Assembly: GCA_963617535.1 (NCBI GenBank)
Contig: CAVEPD010000004.1
Span: 665 to 64,664 of the forward strand
Direction of reading: 5' to 3'
Length of the DNA: 64,000 bases
DNA from: a bacterium
GTDB taxonomy: Bacteria > Bacillota_I > Bacilli_A > RFN20 > CAG-826
Below, one piece after another: positions 56,341-64,000 of this stretch (positions are counted from its first letter, which is position 1; the number at the start of each line of letters is the position of its first letter). The translations under genes were made by a program, and so were the position numbers. The notes beneath the pieces were generated by a model. It ran no database searches. It saw only the letters and a program-made list of their open reading frames with translations, and was not told the origin of the DNA.

Positions 56341-58659
56341 ATGAATAAAAAAAGAATAGGACTATTGTGCTTATCCGCCTTGGCGTTGCTACAAATAACA
56401 GGCTGTTCAAGCGTTAGCGATAATTCAAGTCCTTCAAGCGGCGCATCGCCAATTGATTCCAGTGAAATCCTTCCTCCAAGCTCTGAAAGCGACGACGGGG
56501 ATTCAACAGGCTGGACCAAAGAGCAGAAAGAATTGCTCAAAACCTATTGCGGAGAGGTCTTGCCCTATTCCTATTTCTTCGAAGGAAATGTGTCTTGTGA
56601 AGTAATTTATGACGAAGACAACGAAGGCTATTCCTATCTCGAAATTAAGGATGAGTCTCCAATTTGGAGCTTAGAGACATACTTTCTAGACTTGCAGGAA
56701 AACGGCTGGACGCCAATATATGATTACAGCGATAACGCCGTCAAAACCAATAGCTCTGGTTCTCAATTCGTGGAAGTGACCAAAGTCGGCAGCGACGAAA
56801 AAACGGGCTATGACATATTTTGTTTCTTCGCTCCAGAAAGCGTAGGCAAAGACGGGGAAATCATTCCTAGCGGCAATATGCTCCGCTGCTATAACGATTT
56901 GCAGGGAGCGAAAAGCAAAGCTACCAATTGGTCAGAGGACGATCTTTCCGTGATGGACATCGCTCTGACTTACCGCCTTCCTTTCATGGCGATGGGCGAA
57001 GGCAGTTCCGCCTCTCTCCTCACCATGAACACTATGGCGATTAGCGACACCTATGCGCAAGACCTCTCCCTCGATTACATCGAAATCCTTGAAAAAGATG
57101 GCTTCGTCCTCGAAAAAAAACTAAGTGCCTACAACAACGCCTACGTTCTCAGCAAAACCTTAAACAACGGGGCGATTATAGACGTCTTGCTCAGCTATTA
57201 CGGGGGGAACTACTTCTACGCCGAATACACGCCCTTAACCAAAGAGTACAGCGCTTGGCCAAGTGATATATTCGCGACGATCAAAGAAAAATCCGGAGTC
57301 GACGTCCCGGAATTCAAAGTCGCGGATGGAGGCAAATACATCGTCTATCAAAAGAACGATTCCTATTATGTCTATACCTGGGACCTCGCAGATGAAGATT
57401 CATTTGATTATGAGGATTATTCCCTCTTCACTTTGAATGACCCAAGGCTCACATGGGACGAGACAATCGATTTTGATGCAGCTTATCTGCCTGATGAAAA
57501 TTGGGAATGGGCTGGGTACCTTTTAGCGGTCAATTTGGTCGATCCTACTAGCACTTTCGTTTCCTCGTGGCCGACTGAGGCGATTAATGATGTCGTCAAA
57601 AATGTTTTGGGTGCCTCTGACGTGAATTTGCCAGCGCTCGACGCGGTTAATATCCCATCGCTCGGCAAGCAGGTGAAATATGTCGAGCACGATAATGATT
57701 ATTATCAGGAGGCTTACGCCTATTACTCCGAAGACATCGTCGAAAACTACATCGATTATGGTTACGGCGGAGTCCCAGACGAAGAAACCATCAAAGCAAA
57801 AGCAGCGGAACTGGCCAAAAAAGAAATAGGCATCAAAATCTCCATATTGGATTTAAATCACACAGCCTACAACGCTTACGCGAAACTGCTTTATGAAATG
57901 GGCTGGTTCGAGTATCACGACAAAGACGGGTACTTAATTTATGAAGATCCGGAAGGCAAAGTCGCCGTCTCCTTCGCAGGCGATATGAGTCCCGCGCTTG
58001 ACTATATGGGAGAGACCATAATCTCAATCAGAGAAGGAAGCGGGGAAAAGCACGAGGAAGCATTCTACTTCGCCGAAGAAAAAATCGAATTGGTCGCCGG
58101 AGGATGCAAAGCCCTGGGCCTGAAATTAGTAAAATCGATGCTTCCTTACGACGTCACCTTCTCAATCGAGGGTGGAGAAGGAATGATCACCATCGATGAA
58201 GATGGCTTTGTCTGGGTAAACGAAAACGCCGAAATCGGAACGACGGCCACTGTCACCGCTTCGATTTCCGTCCCAGGTGAATCCTCCCCCCGCACCGTCT
58301 CCTGCACAATAACCGTTAAAAAGGATCTCAATTACTCTTCTGAACGTGCGATCGACGCCGTGATAGCTCTTTTGAAAGAACAGGGTTATGAAGCGAAAAA
58401 AGAAGGGGAAGACCCTTACCAAACGACAATCAATTTCGGCAGCACGTTAACGCTAGAAGAAATCAAAACCCTAGTTGAACAGCACCTCATCCCCGAAGGA
58501 TTCACTCGAATGGAGAATTGGGACAAGTGGATTGAAGGCGACTTACAAACCGAAAGAGCGGTCTACAACGTCAAAAACGACGATGGCTATTGGACTCTGA
58601 TCAAATATCACGTCTATAAAGAAAACGGGAACTCGATGTTGATGATTTCCGCTTGGTAA
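56341..58659 (+). CDS. Large secreted lipoprotein of unknown function, with an Ig-like (Big_2-like) segment near the C-terminus
   Basis: Signal peptide plus lipobox: MNKKRIGLLCLSALALLQITGC. The xYxxxLxxxG[WFY] module recurs at least five times. An Ig-like stretch is present (TATVTASISVPGESSPRTVSCTITV). Confidence 0.7.
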   Translation: MNKKRIGLLCLSALALLQITGCSSVSDNSSPSSGASPIDSSEILPPSSESDDGDSTGWTKEQKELLKTYCGEVLPYSYFFEGNVSCEVIYDEDNEGYSYLEIKDESPIWSLETYFLDLQENGWTPIYDYSDNAVKTNSSGSQFVEVTKVGSDEKTGYDIFCFFAPESVGKDGEIIPSGNMLRCYNDLQGAKSKATNWSEDDLSVMDIALTYRLPFMAMGEGSSASLLTMNTMAISDTYAQDLSLDYIEILEKDGFVLEKKLSAYNNAYVLSKTLNNGAIIDVLLSYYGGNYFYAEYTPLTKEYSAWPSDIFATIKEKSGVDVPEFKVADGGKYIVYQKNDSYYVYTWDLADEDSFDYEDYSLFTLNDPRLTWDETIDFDAAYLPDENWEWAGYLLAVNLVDPTSTFVSSWPTEAINDVVKNVLGASDVNLPALDAVNIPSLGKQVKYVEHDNDYYQEAYAYYSEDIVENYIDYGYGGVPDEETIKAKAAELAKKEIGIKISILDLNHTAYNAYAKLLYEMGWFEYHDKDGYLIYEDPEGKVAVSFAGDMSPALDYMGETIISIREGSGEKHEEAFYFAEEKIELVAGGCKALGLKLVKSMLPYDVTFSIEGGEGMITIDEDGFVWVNENAEIGTTATVTASISVPGESSPRTVSCTITVKKDLNYSSERAIDAVIALLKEQGYEAKKEGEDPYQTTINFGSTLTLEEIKTLVEQHLIPEGFTRMENWDKWIEGDLQTERAVYNVKNDDGYWTLIKYHVYKENGNSMLMISAW

Positions 58660-58816
58660 ACCATTTCAGCTCTATTGCTTTTATGCGGGCCTAATCGAAA
58701 TTGCGACGCACAAAACCATCATTTAAAAAAGGCGGCCTGCAAAAGTCGCCTTTTTGAATATGCAGCGATGATAAAACCCCGCAAAAGTAAAAAGAAAAGG
58801 GATTTTTACAGGGTTT

Positions 58817-59161
58817 TTAATGATGGCAAGAGCACTGATGGGTGGGTGCTTTGGCCTCCACAAGTTTGCCCGCTAGATAGTCTTCGATCGCTTGCTTCGC
58901 GCTGCCAACATAAGGGGCATAGACTTTGATGCCCGCCGCTTCAAGACGGACAAAGGCTCCGCCGCCGAGCCCGCCAACGACAACCGCGTCCGCGCCGAGG
59001 CCAACTAAGACATCGATCAAAGCGATGTGAGAAGCTTCCCCATTGTCATGGACGCTTTCCTTAACAACCTTGCCATCCTCGATATCGACGACCAAGTAGG
59101 AAGGGGTCTCTCCGAAATGCTGGAAAACCTCCCCGTTTTCATAAGCAATTGCTAGTTTCAT
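58817..59161 (-). CDS. NifB/NifX-like (dinitrogenase FeMo-cofactor-binding domain, PF02579-type) small protein
   Basis: MKLAIAYENGEVFQHFGETPSYLVVDI... and DAVVVGGLGGGAF. Confidence 0.6.
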   Translation of the reverse strand: MKLAIAYENGEVFQHFGETPSYLVVDIEDGKVVKESVHDNGEASHIALIDVLVGLGADAVVVGGLGGGAFVRLEAAGIKVYAPYVGSAKQAIEDYLAGKLVEAKAPTHQCSCHH

Positions 59162-60099
59162 TCTTGTTTCTCCTTTTCATTGCTATCCATAGACACCGGG
59201 CGACCCTTGGAGTCGTAATTATTTGAGGTGTCTTTGGCTTTGTTGGGATCGATGAAGACGAGTTTGGCGAACCAGGAAACGGCTTTTTGGGAGACGGCCT
59301 CCCCTTCTTTCGCCTTTTCCTTTCCTTTTTCGATAACGTTCTTCACTTCTTGAGGAATGGCTTCTTGGAATCTTGCCCTTGCCGTCAAAACGCCTTCTTT
59401 ATATTTAAGACGCATCTCATCGTAGCGCGAGGCGAGCCCGCTTTTGTTCGCCCATGCGCGGACTCTAGCGAATACCTGCGCGGAATTGATGAAGTCAATG
59501 AGCATAATCCCATAGACAAGGCCTAAGAAAAAGATGAATCCGAAGTGAGCGACCCCTCCTTCTCCTCCAAACATGTAATCAAAGGAAGCGGCCGCGGCTT
59601 TATAGACAAAAGGATTTAGCCCGTAATAGAAAATCACCGCGAGGGCAAACCAAATAAGGTTGAACTGAGGGCAGATGATTCCCATGATATTGCCCTTCAT
59701 ATTCGTATAGTCCCAAAGTTTGACTTTGAAACCCTTCACGAAGATAAGCCCGGCGACGAACTCAAGAAGAATCATTGAGCAAGCCATGATGCAGATTGGC
59801 AACAGATCGGCAACGTTAGGCCCGCTTTCTTTATCTAAGAAGTCGTAACAGCCAAAGGGGTTATAAAAAGAGAAGGAAGGAAGGCAAGTCAAAAGAAGGA
59901 CGATCACGGTAAACATGATGATGACCCCAAAACCATAAAGAGGGAGCCATGGCCCTCTCATGAAGCCAGGGTTCACCCATTTCTTCGCGGTGAATAGCCT
60001 CCGGAAAAACACTTCAAGGCCATAGCCCAAAATAGAGCCAGTCAAGAACAAGAAGAGATAGAGCAAGAAGGCTTGGACAGGAGTGATCGTTTGAAACAT
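59158..60099 (-). CDS. Polytopic membrane protein, putative ABC-transporter type IV (PF06541-like)
   Basis: GSILGYGLEVFFRRLF..KWVNPGFMRGPWLPLYGFG. It has a long charged C-terminal tail and a 4-nt overlap with the downstream NifX-like gene. Confidence 0.55.
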   Translation of the reverse strand: MFQTITPVQAFLLYLFLFLTGSILGYGLEVFFRRLFTAKKWVNPGFMRGPWLPLYGFGVIIMFTVIVLLLTCLPSFSFYNPFGCYDFLDKESGPNVADLLPICIMACSMILLEFVAGLIFVKGFKVKLWDYTNMKGNIMGIICPQFNLIWFALAVIFYYGLNPFVYKAAAASFDYMFGGEGGVAHFGFIFFLGLVYGIMLIDFINSAQVFARVRAWANKSGLASRYDEMRLKYKEGVLTARARFQEAIPQEVKNVIEKGKEKAKEGEAVSQKAVSWFAKLVFIDPNKAKDTSNNYDSKGRPVSMDSNEKEKQE

Positions 60100-60151
60100 T
60101 CTTTTTCCTCAAGCCGATTTTAGCAAAGCCAATAAGAGGAAGGAACGAATT

Positions 60152-60384
60152 TGCTAAGAAAAGGAAAACCTCCAGAAGGAGAGTGTCTGGAGGTTTAGGA
60201 GCTTATTAGCCAAGAAGGCTGATATGGTCCCTCTTTTATAAGAGGTGGGCATTCTTGTCTTCCCTTCAGGATTCCCGTCCGTAACGGGCTTTCAACAACA
60301 GAGGAGCGCAATCAGAATTCCCGGAGATATCAATACGTAGGGGGAGCAATTTTCCCTCTTGGCGGCCAGGAGTTTCCCCCTGAC
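60152..60384 (-). ncRNA. Candidate structured 5' leader or riboswitch-like RNA of unrecognised class
   Basis: A TATAAT lies at 60396-60391 (minus strand). Multiple hairpins are visible. A strong terminator is present: AAACCUCCAGA-N9-UCUGGAGGUUU followed by a U-rich run (60196-60152). It ends ~53 nt before the start codon at 60099. Confidence 0.35.
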
Positions 60385-60640
60385 GAGACTATTATAAACA
60401 CGAATTCAAAGGTTGTGCGAAAGACTTTGTAAGCGCTATCTTTCATTGTCTAAAAATATCGGTTTTCTTATTTTGGTGACGAAGAAAATTTGCGGTCTTC
60501 CGCAGAAGTCAAAGGAGAGACAGACTCCTTGACGTTAAATACCGGCAGAGCGACTGCGGCGTTCGTAAGCCATGCAAAATCATCCCGAGCATCATGGCTT
60601 CGGAGATAATCTCTTTCCAAAGCATGAGAAGACATGAAAC

Positions 60641-60704
60641 GGTTGTTTTGGCTAAAACTGCAAGTAAAAAATGGCTGTTTTTGGCTAAAACTGCAAGTAA
60701 AAAA
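60641..60704. repeat. Tandem direct repeat (2 copies of ~31-33 nt, plus a degenerate third)
   Basis: GTTTTGGCTAAAACTGCAAGTAAAAAA at 60645-60671 is repeated at 60677-60704 with one extra T. Confidence 0.75.
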
Positions 60705-60940
60705 CCGGCTGCTTTTGTACTGGCAGTCTGAAAGTAGACACGGCGATAGCAAAACTTGCTCATCATAAAACGGAAATGATGCAGACGGGTTCGAGCCCGC
60801 CTACACCCCGTCTATAATCAATCCGCAGTGGAACACAGATGTATTCGAGTGTCCACGCACGGGAGCGTTCTTCTGGATGAAACTCAATTTAAGCAACGAT
60901 CCTGAAGCGTTGAAAGCGGCACTTAGAATGAGCAAAACAT

Positions 60941-61762
60941 ATGCGTCGAGAAAATCCGATTTTGCATGAGAAGGATAAAAACCGTAAATTATTTTTACAA
61001 ACGAAGCTAGCAGAAAGGGTCAAACCGCATATGAACAGTTCTAACCCCAACAAGTACCTAAGAGAAACGAGGCTAATTGATTACGGATCAAAGGAAATAC
61101 AGGCTTTGATAAAAGTCAAAGGATGGCCGGCGCTTAGCGATTTTCAAAAAATCAAAGCTGCTTACGAGTTTGTCCAAAACGATATTAATTTCGGTTACAA
61201 CAAGGACGATTCTTTGAAAGCCAGCGAAGTCTTGAAAGACGGACTTGGGCAGTGCAACACCAAAGGCACGCTCCTTATGGCTTTGCTTCGCGCTTTGGGC
61301 ATTCCTTGCAAAATCCACGGGTTCTACATTACGAAGAAACTTCAATACGGGGCGATGACAGGGCTAGTTTATCGTTGTGCACCCGAAAAGATATTCCATA
61401 GCTACGTGGAAGCTCAGCTAGAAGGAAATTGGTATGAACTCGAGGGTTTCATCCTCGATAAGCCTTACCTAAAAGCCATCCAAAACAAATTCCCACACGA
61501 GAAAGGCTATTTCTTAGGATACGGCGTGGGGACGCTGAATTTAGATAACCCGCCTATCGATTTCAATCGGAACAACACCTACATTCAAAAAGAGGGAATT
61601 ATTGAAGACTTCGGGATTTTTGATTCCATGGATGATCTTCTCAAAGAGCATCATCAAAACATGTCTCCCGTTAAACGGTTCATGTACAAGCATATCGGAA
61701 GAAAACTCATGAATCGAAATGTCAGGAAAATCAGAAAAACCTATTTTTGCGGAGATAAATAA
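60941..61762 (+). CDS. Transglutaminase-like (cysteine protease fold) domain protein
   Basis: GLGQCNTKGTLLMALLRALGIPCKIHGF, with a later H...E. The start is uncertain (ATG at 60941 or 61031). Confidence 0.65.
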   Translation: MRRENPILHEKDKNRKLFLQTKLAERVKPHMNSSNPNKYLRETRLIDYGSKEIQALIKVKGWPALSDFQKIKAAYEFVQNDINFGYNKDDSLKASEVLKDGLGQCNTKGTLLMALLRALGIPCKIHGFYITKKLQYGAMTGLVYRCAPEKIFHSYVEAQLEGNWYELEGFILDKPYLKAIQNKFPHEKGYFLGYGVGTLNLDNPPIDFNRNNTYIQKEGIIEDFGIFDSMDDLLKEHHQNMSPVKRFMYKHIGRKLMNRNVRKIRKTYFCGDK

Positions 61763-61866
61763 GCAAGCCTTCCAAAAAGCCCGCAGAAACCCTCTCTTTT
61801 ACTTTATGAAAGATAGTTCCTTCGGATATATACAGGGAAAAAGGAATTAAGTAGACTCTTCCACGT

Positions 61867-62862
61867 ATGGAAAATTCAGAGCAAAACGAAAGCAAAAGAA
61901 GCGTCGCAGGATTCTTCGTCGACGGGGCAAAGGGAATCACCCTTGGAATATCTGTGGCGATCCCAGGATTAAGCGGAGGCACAATCGCGGTGGCCGAAGG
62001 CTGCTACGATGCTTTGATTGGGAACATCTCTTCTTTGAGAAAGACCTTCAAAAAGTCCTTTCTATATTTATTGCCCTTTATCTTGGGACTTCTTCTTGGA
62101 GCGGTCGCCGCATTCCTTGGAATTAAGAAAGGCTATGAAGTCGCTCCCTTCTCCTTGACTGGCCTATTCGGAGGTATGGTCTTAGGATCACTCCCCGTGA
62201 CTTTCTCAGAGCTCAAGAAAGGCGGAAATGCGAAAGAGAAAGCGATTCACATCTTGGCATTCACGCTTTGCCTCTTGCTTGCCGCTGGTCTAGGAATCGT
62301 CACCGCTTTATGCAAAATTGATCTTCAAAGCGCTCTCGTTGACCGAAACTGGTGGATGTACATTTATGTGCCCTTTGCCGGTTTCATCGCCGCGTTCGCT
62401 CTCATCGTCCCTGGCATATCGGGCTCGATGACCATGATGGTCTTTGGCCTTTATCTCCCTCTTCTCAATACATTCATCCCTTCTACAAAAGAAGGAAGCA
62501 TCAGCATCTGGAGTAGTTCAGACTCCACTTACATCGTCACCGGCTTGGTTTTGGCCTTGCTTCTAGTCATTGGCATCCTTGGAGGAATCGTCTTTGCGAG
62601 CAAATTTATGAGCAAGCTGCTAGAAAAGCATAGGGTCTCGACTTTCTATGCGATTCTTGGTTTGATTATCGGTTCTCTCATCTCCATGTTCTTCAACAGC
62701 GATATCTATCCGAAGTATTTGGAGAACTCAATCAAGACATGGGATTACATCGTCGGAGCGGTTCTCTTCCTCGTCGGAGCGGCATTCGTTTTCTTCCTCT
62801 TGCGTTTCTCCAACAAGAAACAAGCCAAGAAAGCCGAAACGCCCGAGAAACCTCAGGAATAA
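61867..62862 (+). CDS. DUF368-family membrane protein (polyprenyl-phosphate transporter PopT family)
   Basis: Duplicated signature: VAIPGLSGGTIAV and LIVPGISGSMTMMVFGLY. Polytopic. Confidence 0.8.
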   Translation: MENSEQNESKRSVAGFFVDGAKGITLGISVAIPGLSGGTIAVAEGCYDALIGNISSLRKTFKKSFLYLLPFILGLLLGAVAAFLGIKKGYEVAPFSLTGLFGGMVLGSLPVTFSELKKGGNAKEKAIHILAFTLCLLLAAGLGIVTALCKIDLQSALVDRNWWMYIYVPFAGFIAAFALIVPGISGSMTMMVFGLYLPLLNTFIPSTKEGSISIWSSSDSTYIVTGLVLALLLVIGILGGIVFASKFMSKLLEKHRVSTFYAILGLIIGSLISMFFNSDIYPKYLENSIKTWDYIVGAVLFLVGAAFVFFLLRFSNKKQAKKAETPEKPQE

Positions 62863-62888
62863 AGCCGACATCGAATTAAAACATCACA

Positions 62889-63803
62889 TTAAAAAAGTCC
62901 GCTATCCGCAACCAAAATCAGTGCCTTTATCACTTCGTCATAACTGGCAGGTTTCATAAGCAGTCTTCTTGTGATCGTTTCATAGTCGTTTTTGTAAAAA
63001 TTGCTTTGAACGATTTCTTTTAATAATTTTGGAATCTCAATTCCATCTTGAGCGGAAAGACAATTCTTATGCGCTTTTCGATCGCTTCTAACCTCGGAAA
63101 TGAGATTCTTCAGTTCTGGCCTGAACAGATCAATTCGCGAAATAAGTTTGGCGATGTCATAAATATGGCGGGAGTTTCTCTCTTCGTTTTTGCTCAAAAA
63201 GTAATCGCATATGGCAAAAACTTTATCAACGAACGTTCTTTCCAAGGTTTGAGTTTTCACAGGAAAAGTCAGCAGCCCGTAATCTTTAGCGAAGTCCGTT
63301 TTTCCTATAGCAGTTAAATATTCTCCAATATATGAACTAACCATTAGTTCTTCTGAGGGATAACATTTTTGGATATATGTCATTTCCACCTTAAGTTCGG
63401 TTCTTAAGTCATTGGACGGAAACGTTACAGGGTATTGAATTTCATAACAGTTGTAATTCGCATGAGTATGTTTCTCTATCCTTTCCCGATTAATCAGAAG
63501 AAGTCCCAATTCCCGGCATACGTCAATAAGAAGCCGAACTGAAGCTCTTTTGGATGACTGAGCGAAATGCTCATTATCTAAGGTCAAATCTATATCTTCG
63601 GAAAAGCGTTCTATTAGATGGTGGCATTTTGATAATGAGGTCCCTCCTTTGAAAATAAGTCCAGGCACCCGCTCATTTGCCTTGTGCAAAAACAAAGTTA
63701 CAAAATAGTCTTTTTCAACCAAAGAAGGCTTTATATCAAAGTACAAACTGGTTTGGAGAATTGCCTCTCTAAAAATTACTTTGTACTTGTGCAAATCCAT
63801 CAA
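62889..63803 (-). CDS. AbiEii/AbiGii-family nucleotidyltransferase toxin (intact)
   Basis: LIFKGGTSLSKCHHLIERFSEDIDL signature. 304 aa. Confidence 0.7.
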   Translation of the reverse strand: MMDLHKYKVIFREAILQTSLYFDIKPSLVEKDYFVTLFLHKANERVPGLIFKGGTSLSKCHHLIERFSEDIDLTLDNEHFAQSSKRASVRLLIDVCRELGLLLINRERIEKHTHANYNCYEIQYPVTFPSNDLRTELKVEMTYIQKCYPSEELMVSSYIGEYLTAIGKTDFAKDYGLLTFPVKTQTLERTFVDKVFAICDYFLSKNEERNSRHIYDIAKLISRIDLFRPELKNLISEVRSDRKAHKNCLSAQDGIEIPKLLKEIVQSNFYKNDYETITRRLLMKPASYDEVIKALILVADSGLF

Positions 63804-64000
63804 TAATTCCGCTCCTAATTAGATTTTTTGCCGCCCTTGCAGGAAATTCTTTTGCTAAAGCGAATATTTGTCCTGCAGTAATATTTTCTTTTTTAATATA
63901 ATTTTGCAAGACCCTAAATGAAGATTCGTCAACTTTATCGCTTCTAAGAAAATCACTGAAAAGTTGCATTATGGTATAGGCGGCGAAATTATCCTTGTTA
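63769..64000 (-). CDS. Probable AbiEi-type antitoxin, 3' part (the frame is open to the window end)
   Basis: The ORF overlaps the AbiEii start by 35 nt. My reading finds no in-frame stop between the listed ATG (63969) and base 64000. The call rests mainly on position. Confidence 0.4.
   Translation of the reverse strand, partial: NKDNFAAYTIMQLFSDFLRSDKVDESSFRVLQNYIKKENITAGQIFALAKEFPARAAKNLIRSGIIDGFAQVQSNF

Noticed and set aside
58675-58929. 84-aa plus-strand ORF overlapping the NifX-like gene end
   Set aside because: It spans a terminator hairpin and the antisense of a supported gene, and has no RBS.
60152-60384. Assignment of the structured RNA candidate to SRP RNA or the SAM-I riboswitch
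   Set aside because: - CCUGAAGGGAAGAC only loosely resembles the SRP domain IV core GGUCCGGAAGGAAGCAGC.
- CUCUUAUAAAAGAGGGAC only loosely resembles the SAM-I CUUAUCAAGAGAGGYGGAGGGA.
- In both cases the other conserved blocks are missing.
60468-60766. Two overlapping minus-strand ORFs (94 and 85 aa)
   Set aside because: They are mutually exclusive frames over the tandem DNA repeat, and the repeated peptide is an artefact of that repeat. They have no RBS and Cys/Phe/Ser-rich non-coding-like composition.
60784-60802. tRNA-like T-arm (GACGGGTTCGAGCCCGCC), possibly a tRNA gene or an att-site remnant
   Set aside because: The stem does not pair in canonical 5-bp/7-nt register. There are no D-arm, anticodon arm or acceptor stem upstream, and no integrase nearby. 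It more likely belongs to a local GACGGG...CCCGTC hairpin.

Overview
Chromosomal segment using the standard genetic code (TGA is used as a stop). Its signals are Gram-positive/Firmicutes-like: GGAGG-type RBSs, a lipobox lipoprotein, a split Wzz/BY-kinase pair, PyrR, and purine and THF riboswitches. I saw no rRNA, tRNA, CRISPR array, integrase or transposase.

Three themes:

1. ~0.9-24.4 kb: a Wzx/Wzy-dependent surface-polysaccharide locus. GC-rich, core-like flanks (capD/pglF-like dehydratase; uppP, wzz, BY-kinase, LMW-PTP, capE-like dehydratase) surround a visibly more AT-rich central cassette. The cassette holds two phosphoglycosyl transferases, two aminotransferases (one AspC-type), five glycosyltransferases, Wzy, Wzx, two TupA-like ATP-grasp ligases, an orphan FtsX-topology membrane protein, and a convergent pyruvyl-transferase/FrhB-like module.

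2. ~24.4-40.3 kb and 62.9-64 kb: accessory and decayed genes mixed with housekeeping genes. These include a multiply frameshifted Fic gene, twin hairpin repeats, a DUF4143 ATPase, one frameshifted and one intact AbiE (type IV TA / abortive infection) pair, and a THF riboswitch in front of a folT-like gene next to trpS, rarA and guaA.

3. ~35-56 kb: a dense nucleotide-salvage neighbourhood. It contains guaA, a CBS-less guaB, hpt, two upp paralogues, a guanine-riboswitch-controlled NCS2 purine permease, apt, pyrR-pyrP with a PyrR attenuator, and prs, followed by pflB-pflA.

The least explained stretch is an ~840 nt non-coding region (60.1-60.9 kb). It has a promoter-to-terminator structured RNA candidate upstream of a membrane-protein/NifX-like operon.

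All calls come from reading translated motifs and sequence by eye. No database search was run.
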